This document shows, in pieces, positions 25,167-32,000 of a stretch of 32,000 bases of DNA. The stretch's first letter is position 1. Every line of letters begins with the position of its first letter. Source of the DNA: Candidatus Lokiarchaeum ossiferum. Lineage in GTDB: Archaea; Asgardarchaeota; Lokiarchaeia; Sigyniarchaeales; Promethearchaeaceae. The DNA lies in the NCBI GenBank assembly GCA_025839675.1, contig CP104013.1:2940001-2972000 (forward strand), in the 5' to 3' direction. The notes under the pieces are model-generated. The model made no database searches. It saw nothing but the letters and a program-made list of their open reading frames with translations, and had not been told where the DNA came from. The position numbers and the translations under genes are program-made.

Positions 25167-28100
25167 ATGCCCGTCGTAATGTCCGAGAAAAGTAAAAAAT
25201 ATTTTGATAAAATTGAAGAAGATGTCAATAAAATTTATGAATTTGCCAATAAAGCTCGTGCTATAGGAATTGATCCAGCTCCTGAAGTGGAATCACCTCC
25301 TGCCCGAGATATGGCAGGACGGGTTGAAAAGTTAGTTGGACCTGAAGGAATCGCCCAATATTTGCGGGAGTGGAAGGAAGCAGGAGAAGATCAAGATGAA
25401 AGTTGTTTTCGAGCAATGGATTGGATCATCGATGGGAAATTTGGAAAGCAATATGATCCCAATGAAGCGGTTGATCTAGCAATTCGTGTCGCTTTAGCAA
25501 TAAAAACGGAAGGAGTTGTCTCAGCACCCTTAGAAGGTATTGCAAAAGTCGTCATTCGAGAAAATTTAGCAGGGGGAGAACCGTACTTAGCACTTTATTT
25601 TGCAGGACCAATTCGAGCAGCAGGGGGAACAGTCCAAGCTTTTGCAGTATTGTGTGCTGAACACGTTCGTCGAAAAATGGGGATCGCAGAATGGAAAGCA
25701 ACCCCCGATGAAGTGGGACGATTTGTTGAAGAAGTGAAACTTTATGATCGAATTATGAACTTGCAATATCCCTCCACACAAGAAGAGTTAGCCTTTGCTG
25801 TCGAACATCTGACGATTGAACTTAATGGAGATGCAACAGAGACCCAAGAAGTTTCAGCTTATCGAGATTTGCAACGTATTGAAACGAATTTTGTACGGGG
25901 AGGACCTTGTTTAGTTTTGAATGATGGGGTTTTGCTTAAGTCTAAGAAAATTTTACGTGTTATTGATAAGCGGAAGATCGAGGGGTGGGATTGGCTCCGA
26001 AAATTAAAAAAATTGGCTCATGCAGATACTAAAAAGAAAATAGATGAGGACGGGAAAGATAAAGCTAAGGATTATGGAGGAGACACTTACAAAGGTAAAA
26101 AGATCATTGAGGAAGAAGAAAAAGTTGAAGTTATAGCTGAATCCCCAGTGCAAAAACGCCAAGAATACTTGAATGAAAAAAATCCGCCTCTCAATAAATT
26201 CATTGCAGACATTATTGCTGGTCGCCCCGTTTTTGCTTATCCCTCTCGAATTGGAGGTCATCGCATAAGATATGGACGATCACGCAATACAGGTCTTGCC
26301 GCATGTGGCACGCATCCATCCCAAATGATTCTATTAGAGAGATATATGGCTATTGGCACCCAGATCCGAATAGAAAGACCGGGGAAAAGTGGGTCTACGA
26401 TGCCTGTCACATCTATCGAACCACCAATCGTTTTAATGAAAAATGGCGATGTAAAGCAACTTTGGGACATAAAGGAAGCTGCTGATATTGCGGACAATCG
26501 ATTAACGGCTAAAATTCTCTTTTTAGGAGATATGCTTTTTGGGTATGGAGAATTTGCAGAAAATAATCACACAGTTCTTCCATCAGGCTATTGTGAAGAA
26601 TGGTGGGCAGTGGAATTAGAAGATAAAATTCAAAAGATGACCGCTGACGGAGGCACACCCTTTACCGATCTTCCAGAAGATCTATCTCAACCAATAATTG
26701 AAAAAATGATCACAAATCCTTTTGATGAAATTCCCAATGGTCGCCAAGCTCTTGAACTTTCACGTAAGTATGATGTGGGAATCCATCCTCGCAGTTTAGA
26801 TCATTGGGGAAATATTAATGCGGTTGATCTTTTGGCAATTCGGAAGCAATTTGGTTTAGGACTTTGTAAATTATTCAAAGTTGCCAATACATCTGATCTT
26901 TCTATTGAAGCGCCATCTTTAACCCAATTAGAAACTAAGTTCCAGGATGGATTTGACCTTCCCATAACTTCCGAAACCAAAAAATTCTTTGAAACCGCTT
27001 ACACCCCCCATCAAAATTACGATTCATATATACATATTGATCCAAACCGTGCGATTATTTTTTATGAGCTCTTTGGATTTGGGACATCATCCGTTTATAC
27101 TTCCGAAGCAGAACAGAAAGCTCCCGAATTGACGGCATTGGATCTATTTCCTTACCTTACTTCTATCCGAGTTAATGATAAAGCCCCCCACTACATGGGA
27201 AGTCGGATGGGCCGCCCCGAAAAAGCAAAAGAGCGCAAAATGCGCCCTCCTGTTCATGGTTTATTTCCCATCGGACATGATTCCAAACTTCAACGGAGCT
27301 TTCAATCCGCTGCAGGAGTAGCCTACATTGAAGTGGAATTGGGACAAAAATCATGTCCAAAATGTAATTCCAATACATTTTTAAACAAATGTCCAAAATG
27401 TGGAACCTTGACCAACTTTAAAAAAATTTGTTCCCGTTGTAACAAACTGTACGATCAACAAGACACCGAATGTCCCGATTGTAATAGCTTTTTATCCAGT
27501 ACTTCCCTAAAAAAAATCCCTTTCAAGAAATATTTTGAAGTGGCCGCCAGTCATATTGCCAAGACCATCCCCTCCTTGAAAGGCGTTAAAGGTATGACTT
27601 CCGAATACAAAATTCCAGAACCGATCGAAAAGGGTATTCTACGAGGAATTCATGATGTATATGTTTATAAAGATGGTACAATTCGAGCCGATGCTACTGA
27701 TATACCCTTAACCCATTTTACTTGCCGTGAAATCAATACATCGGTCGAGAAAATCCTAGAACTCGGGTATGATCTTGATATCTATGGGAAACCCATTACC
27801 GATGAAAATCAGGTAATCGAGATAAAAGTGCAAGATGTTCTCCTCACCCATCACTTAGGTGATTATTTCGTCAAAGTGGCTAATTTTGTGGATGATGAAC
27901 TTCATTACCTCTACAAACAACCTAAATTTTATAATGTAAAAGATAAATATGATCTTATTGGCCACTATATGGCAGGCTTAGCCCCCCACACTTCGGCCGC
28001 TATCATTGGACGGTTAATTGGCTTTACATATGCGGAATCAGGCTATGCTCATCCTTATTGGCACGCCGCGAAACGTAGAAACTGTGATGGTGATGAAGAC

Positions 28101-28841
28101 GGAATCATGTTGCTCCTGGAATGTTTGCTGAATTTCTCAATGTATTATCTCCCTTCTTCTTTGGGAGGCAAAATGGATGCACCTTTAGTCGTTTCTTTGC
28201 TACTGGATCCCTTAGAAGTAGATGGAGAATCTCATAACGTCGATTATGCAAGCAAATATCCTCTCCGGTTTTATGAAGAAGCACTTACCTACAAAAAACC
28301 TAGCGACATGGACAGTTATATGGTTCTTTTCAAACATAAACTCCGTACCGAAGCGCAATTTGAAGGGTCAATGTTTACCCACCCAACTTCTTCGATTAAT
28401 CTCGGGCCTCGAAAATCTGCCTATACGACACTGGGTACAATGACTGAGAAAATTGAATCGCAATTGTACATGGCAAAAACAATTACTGCGGTTGATGCAA
28501 AGGATGTGGCCCGAAAGGTCATCTCCTCCCATTTTGCTCCAGATATTTTGGGAAATCTTCGCGCATTCTCTACCCAAGGGTTCCGATGTATAAAATGTGG
28601 CGCGAAATATCGTCGAGTGCCTATATCGGGAAAATGTAATAAATGTCGAGCCGGAAAATTGCTCATGACAGTCCATGCGGGGGGGGTCATCAAATATCTT
28701 CCAAAAGCTCAAAAACTTATTAAAGAATTTGATTTAGGGGACTATACTGAACAACGCTGGCAAATAATCGAAAAAAATGTAATGTCACTGACCAATAATC
28801 CCCGTGTGAAGCAAAAATCAATCAAAAGTTTCTTCAAATAA
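25167..28841 (+). CDS. polC: DNA polymerase D (Pol II) large catalytic subunit DP2
   Basis: 1224 aa. The catalytic double-psi-barrel signature is HPYWHAAKRRNCDGDEDG. Zn clusters: CPKCNSNTFLNKCPKCG, CSRCNKLYDQQDTECPDC, CIKCGAKYRRVPISGKCNKC. The sequence is contiguous, with no intein-like insertion. Confidence 0.95.
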   Translation: MPVVMSEKSKKYFDKIEEDVNKIYEFANKARAIGIDPAPEVESPPARDMAGRVEKLVGPEGIAQYLREWKEAGEDQDESCFRAMDWIIDGKFGKQYDPNEAVDLAIRVALAIKTEGVVSAPLEGIAKVVIRENLAGGEPYLALYFAGPIRAAGGTVQAFAVLCAEHVRRKMGIAEWKATPDEVGRFVEEVKLYDRIMNLQYPSTQEELAFAVEHLTIELNGDATETQEVSAYRDLQRIETNFVRGGPCLVLNDGVLLKSKKILRVIDKRKIEGWDWLRKLKKLAHADTKKKIDEDGKDKAKDYGGDTYKGKKIIEEEEKVEVIAESPVQKRQEYLNEKNPPLNKFIADIIAGRPVFAYPSRIGGHRIRYGRSRNTGLAACGTHPSQMILLERYMAIGTQIRIERPGKSGSTMPVTSIEPPIVLMKNGDVKQLWDIKEAADIADNRLTAKILFLGDMLFGYGEFAENNHTVLPSGYCEEWWAVELEDKIQKMTADGGTPFTDLPEDLSQPIIEKMITNPFDEIPNGRQALELSRKYDVGIHPRSLDHWGNINAVDLLAIRKQFGLGLCKLFKVANTSDLSIEAPSLTQLETKFQDGFDLPITSETKKFFETAYTPHQNYDSYIHIDPNRAIIFYELFGFGTSSVYTSEAEQKAPELTALDLFPYLTSIRVNDKAPHYMGSRMGRPEKAKERKMRPPVHGLFPIGHDSKLQRSFQSAAGVAYIEVELGQKSCPKCNSNTFLNKCPKCGTLTNFKKICSRCNKLYDQQDTECPDCNSFLSSTSLKKIPFKKYFEVAASHIAKTIPSLKGVKGMTSEYKIPEPIEKGILRGIHDVYVYKDGTIRADATDIPLTHFTCREINTSVEKILELGYDLDIYGKPITDENQVIEIKVQDVLLTHHLGDYFVKVANFVDDELHYLYKQPKFYNVKDKYDLIGHYMAGLAPHTSAAIIGRLIGFTYAESGYAHPYWHAAKRRNCDGDEDGIMLLLECLLNFSMYYLPSSLGGKMDAPLVVSLLLDPLEVDGESHNVDYASKYPLRFYEEALTYKKPSDMDSYMVLFKHKLRTEAQFEGSMFTHPTSSINLGPRKSAYTTLGTMTEKIESQLYMAKTITAVDAKDVARKVISSHFAPDILGNLRAFSTQGFRCIKCGAKYRRVPISGKCNKCRAGKLLMTVHAGGVIKYLPKAQKLIKEFDLGDYTEQRWQIIEKNVMSLTNNPRVKQKSIKSFFK

Positions 28842-28844
28842 GCC

Positions 28845-28853
28845 TTTTTTTTT
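28845..28853 (+). terminator. Oligo-T tract (T9) right after the DP2 stop
   Basis: T9 begins 4 nt after the TAA stop. Confidence 0.4.
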
Positions 28854-29009
28854 ATTAATTTGAGCTTTACATTTAACAAGGAATTAAATTTATATTGAAC
28901 TTTGTTTCTTGCTAAAACAAAATTTAATTTTACAGTATGGGATATTTGTATTTAATAAATTTTACTTAACAATAATTACAGAATATGAAATTTTTAGTAT
29001 AAAATGTAA

Positions 29010-30065
29010 GTGTTTAAACAAGAATCCTTCTTCTCCAAAGATATGCAACTTGAAGAATTTGTTCCTAAAATGCCAAAAATCGAGCTTCATGTCCATTTGG
29101 AAGGATCCATTCAACCCTCCACTTTACTTCATTTGGCAAAAAAAAATCATGTTTCCTTACCCTCCCAAACCTTAAAAGAGATTTCACAATGGTTCACTTT
29201 TTCAAATATTTCCCATTTGTTCGAAGTTTACCCCAAAATATGTGAATGTATTCAAACTCCCGAGGATATTGAGTACATTACGAAAGAATTTTTAAAGGGG
29301 CAATCTAGCCAAAATATTCTCTATTCTGAAGTAACCTACACCGCTTCCAATCAATGGTACGACAATGGAATACCTTTAAGGGAACAAATTGAGGCGATTA
29401 ATCGGAGTCGTCATTGGGCAGAGAAAAAACTCAATACATCTATGGGTTTGATTATCGATATCCCCCGACAACTATCTCCAGACCAAGGACTAAGTATTGC
29501 CCAACAAGTTGTGGAAAGTCAAAATTTAGGAATCATTGGTCTTGGACTCGGTGGAAATGAACGGGATTATCCTCCAGCAATTTTTCAGGATGCATTTGAA
29601 TATATTAAAGGGACTCCAATTCATAGTGTTCCCCATGCCGGAGAAATGGCAGGACCTCAAAGTATTTGGGATTCAATTCACTTTTTGGGAGCAGAACGGA
29701 TTGGTCATGGTGTTCGATGTGGTGAGGATCCGATGTTAATGGATTTTCTTCGGGAACATCAAATTCCCTTGGAAATATGTCCAACAAGCAATATTTGTTT
29801 GGGAATCTATGAAGAATTCCAAAATCATCCAATCAATCAGCTTTTTCAAGCAGGATTAAATGTTTCCATCAATTCAGATGATCCAACATTATTTAACACA
29901 ACACTTACACAGGAATTCCTAACATTGATTTCAGTTTTCAATTATAGTTTAAACGATCTTAAACGATTTACTGTGAATGCAATTAATGCTTCATTTTCTG
30001 GACCAGAAATGAAAGAAGATCTATTTAAAAGGATAAAAAACGAGTTTTCAAAATTTGATGATTAA
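29010..30065 (+). CDS. add: Adenosine deaminase
   Basis: IELHVHLEGSI, VPHAGE, RIGHGVR, CPTSN and SINSDDP are the canonical adenosine/AMP deaminase metal and catalytic motifs. The track start is GTG 29010. ATG 29043 (MQLEEF...) is the likelier start, ~40 nt after an AGTATAAAAT TATA-like element. Confidence 0.9.
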   Translation: MFKQESFFSKDMQLEEFVPKMPKIELHVHLEGSIQPSTLLHLAKKNHVSLPSQTLKEISQWFTFSNISHLFEVYPKICECIQTPEDIEYITKEFLKGQSSQNILYSEVTYTASNQWYDNGIPLREQIEAINRSRHWAEKKLNTSMGLIIDIPRQLSPDQGLSIAQQVVESQNLGIIGLGLGGNERDYPPAIFQDAFEYIKGTPIHSVPHAGEMAGPQSIWDSIHFLGAERIGHGVRCGEDPMLMDFLREHQIPLEICPTSNICLGIYEEFQNHPINQLFQAGLNVSINSDDPTLFNTTLTQEFLTLISVFNYSLNDLKRFTVNAINASFSGPEMKEDLFKRIKNEFSKFDD

Positions 30066-30082
30066 GATGCAATAATAGCCTA

Positions 30083-30093
30083 TTTTTTTTTTT
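30083..30093 (+). terminator. Oligo-T tract (T11) downstream of add
   Basis: T11 begins 18 nt after the add stop codon. Confidence 0.4.
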
Positions 30094-30567
30094 CATCATA
30101 GCATTTGACAGAATTATTCATTTGATCGCATATTTCTTGATCTAACGGACTTGTGGGTTGATTTTGAGCATCAGGATGCTGCTCTGCAAATAACTTCTGA
30201 GAATTTTTCAATATTTTCTCCACTTTTGAATTTATTTGTGCAATTTCCATATCCGTCTAGATACAAATCAAATTTATTCCATATAGTTTTATTTATTTGT
30301 GTTAACAGTACAGATAGACATAATTGTATCTCCCAATTTTCTTGTAGGTATTAAATTATGGTGCATACTTTACTACTTTAAGAAATTAGTAAGAAAATTT
30401 TGTAGAAATTATCTGAGAAGTAGTATTAATTGATCTTTTTTGATCATCGAATGATTCATTAAAAGAAAATCAAGATATCTTTTGTTTTTCGAGAATTTTT
30501 TAAATACTAGCAATTTTATAATAACAAGCCACCTTGAATGTTGGGATTTCGATGATTTGATGAAATA

Positions 30568-31062
30568 ATGATAATTGAAACAAAATATACAGAAAAAGAT
30601 TACCATAACGCCTTTTCTTCGTATTATTCTTCAGTATGGGTCTTTAAAATATTCCCAATGTTTGGCACTATAGCTTTTGTGCTCCCTTTTATTTTATATG
30701 GCATATATAAAAGGTTAAGTTACCATTTGGGACTCCTCCTTATAGTATCACTCTTTTGTTTTCTTTTTAAATGGATAATTATTACATTTAATGTAAAGGA
30801 AATGAAATCCAATAAAAATTTTGGGAGCGCTAATGTGGTTGAATTCTTTAATGATGGGCGCATTGAGGCTAGATCGGAGAATGCGAAATCCGAATTTCGA
30901 ATAGATAGCTTCATTCATTATAAAGTTTCTAAAGGTTGGATTTATCTATTTATTCAAAAAAATCTTTTTATTCCAATAAGGATTTCCGATGCTACTCCAA
31001 ATGAGTCGTTTGAAGAATTATTAGGATTATTGCATAAATTTGGAATAAAAAAGAAAGGGTAA
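30568..31062 (+). CDS. YcxB-like small membrane protein (two TM helices plus a C-terminal beta-rich domain)
   Basis: 164 aa with two adjacent hydrophobic helices (FPMFGTIAFVLPFILYGIY, LGLLLIVSLFCFLFKWIIITF). The following segment, ...FRIDSFIHYKVSKGWIYLFIQKNLFIPIRISD, resembles the YcxB-like pattern as I remember it. Confidence 0.5.
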   Translation: MIIETKYTEKDYHNAFSSYYSSVWVFKIFPMFGTIAFVLPFILYGIYKRLSYHLGLLLIVSLFCFLFKWIIITFNVKEMKSNKNFGSANVVEFFNDGRIEARSENAKSEFRIDSFIHYKVSKGWIYLFIQKNLFIPIRISDATPNESFEELLGLLHKFGIKKKG

Positions 31063-31393
31063 TAACCGAATCTAATAATTTAGAAAATAATGGAAAATAG
31101 TTGAGAATTAATAGAATTTAGAACAGAATTTTATCCAATATTGTATTATTATTGAAGATACTGGCAAAAATGGTTAGAAAAATGTTGATAGACAGACCAA
31201 ATCACTCCAATCAAAGATTTAGGTGTTGATAGTTTGATTGGCAATGCTCTCCCTATTAGCTCTTTTATCATTTTTTCTTCTCCTATGAAGCCATATAAAA
31301 AGTCCTAAAGTAGGTAGATGCAAAAAAATCGAAAATTTTTATATTGATCTTGTATTAGATTACTTAGATCGTTAATCCGACTAAAAAAACCAT

Positions 31394-31513
31394 GCACATG
31401 TAGCCAAGCTGGTCGACGGCGCTGGACTTGAATTGATCTCTTCAATTTTGAAGGATCTAAAGATATCCAGTAAGCTTACGCTTTCGTGGGTTCGAATCCC
31501 CCCGTGTGCGCCA
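31394..31513 (+). tRNA. tRNA-Ser (anticodon UGA), class II, with a 32-nt intron at the canonical 37/38 position and encoded CCA
   Basis: Acceptor GCACATG/CGTGTGC (one U-G), D arm GCC...GGC, anticodon stem CTGGA (31433-31437)/TCCAG (31476-31480). Loop is CTTGAA|intron 31443-31474|A, giving anticodon TGA at 31439-31441. Variable arm TAAGCTTACGCTTTC, T arm GTGGG-TTCGAAT-CCCCC, discriminator G, CCA. Confidence 0.85.
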
Positions 31514-31765
31514 TCTTTCTTTTATTTCCTTTAATTGTGAGTTAGTTATTTTTGATACTATGGAATAATAGATCAGGAAGTCTAGTGAGTGGAAAGAAAG
31601 CATTTTGAGCTCTATAAATTAGAAAAATTAATTTTCATTTCAAGCGAATAAACTCAAAAAAGGATTAGATTGTTTCTGAAAGGAGATTAAAGTAAATTTT
31701 TGCTATGCAATAGGCTGTTCAAGGAATTTTTTTGGTTGCTTATAATCAGAATTCATGGCACAGGG

Positions 31766-32000
31766 TCAATTATCTGGTATCTCATCAAGCATTTTTTGGG
31801 AACATTCAGGACATAATCCATGAGTAAATTCAGTACCTTTGCTCATGCGAAAATAATCATCTACTGGGAGCCAAGAACCTTCTTCCGAATGGATTTTTTT
31901 ACATGAAGAACATATTGGAAGAATTGATTCGAGGGTGTGAATTTTCATTAAAGCTTCCTGAAGATCATTATTTCGAAAAATTAATTCTAAATCCGTTTCA
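31766..32000 (-). CDS. C-terminal end of a larger protein (N-terminus beyond the right edge) carrying the ICxxCKKI...W...HGxCPxC cysteine motif common at the C-termini of PAS-type sensor proteins
   Basis: The track lists a 60-aa ORF from the ATG at 31948, but the same frame stays open to the window edge (ETDLELIFRNNDLQEALMKIHTLESILPICSSCKKIHSEEGSWLPVDDYF...FTHGLCPECSQKML). Confidence 0.6.
   Translation of the reverse strand, partial: ETDLELIFRNNDLQEALMKIHTLESILPICSSCKKIHSEEGSWLPVDDYFRMSKGTEFTHGLCPECSQKMLDEIPDN

Noticed and set aside
25167-28841. Possible intein in the PolD large subunit
   Set aside because: The 1224-aa length is normal for intein-free DP2, and the conserved blocks are contiguous in the translation.
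28909-29175. 88-aa plus-strand ORF overlapping the start of adenosine deaminase
   Set aside because: It is in a different frame from the ORF that carries the canonical HVHLEGS/HAGE/SINSDDP deaminase motifs.
30080-30250. 56-aa minus-strand ORF (MEIAQINSKVEKILKNSQKLFAEQHPDAQNQ...YDEKKK) between add and the YcxB-like gene
   Set aside because: It is below the track cut-off, and its Lys-rich end is just the complement of the T11 terminator tract of add. It has no motif and no obvious RBS. I left it unannotated, though a small coiled-coil protein cannot be excluded.
1-32000. CRISPR arrays, rRNA genes, IS elements or defence-system genes
   Set aside because: I saw no regularly spaced repeats of 20 nt or more, no GC-rich rRNA-like stretches, and no transposase, Cas, restriction or toxin-like translations in the six-frame track or in my own reading.

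Overview
This is an AT-rich archaeal chromosomal segment. I saw no rRNA, CRISPR array, transposase or integrase. All homology calls are by-eye motif recognition. Nothing was searched or computed.

Housekeeping genes:
- An archaeal/eukaryotic-type PheRS alpha+beta operon.
- Two class-II tRNAs, Leu-GAG and Ser-UGA. The Ser tRNA carries a 32-nt intron.
- A replication island. It holds Orc1/Cdc6 behind a repeat-bearing AT-rich candidate origin, the PolD small subunit DP1 followed by a SWIM-like zinc-finger gene, and a divergently transcribed PolD large subunit DP2.

Metabolism and transport genes: an APC permease, an ArsB/NhaD-type permease, a CPBP protease, a cupin, an ALDH4-like P5C dehydrogenase, two translationally coupled double-SIS proteins and an adenosine deaminase.

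The unusual content is eukaryote-like GTPase hardware:
- An Arf-like GTPase with a ~110-aa N-terminal extension. It is truncated by the left edge and absent from the ORF track.
- A Rab-like GTPase fused to a GcvH-like domain whose lipoyl-lysine position is Arg.
- Two ~70% identical longin-like paralogs that bracket the P5CDH gene right beside the Rab-like gene. One sits behind a TATA box plus three TTGATCAA palindromes at exact 16-bp spacing.

Other oddities are a 6-unit CxxC...C repeat protein and an acidic protein with three DDxLL motifs at 9-residue spacing.

PolD, Orc1, a tRNA intron and Arf/Rab/longin-like genes together suggest an Asgard (Lokiarchaeia-like) genome. That is an inference.
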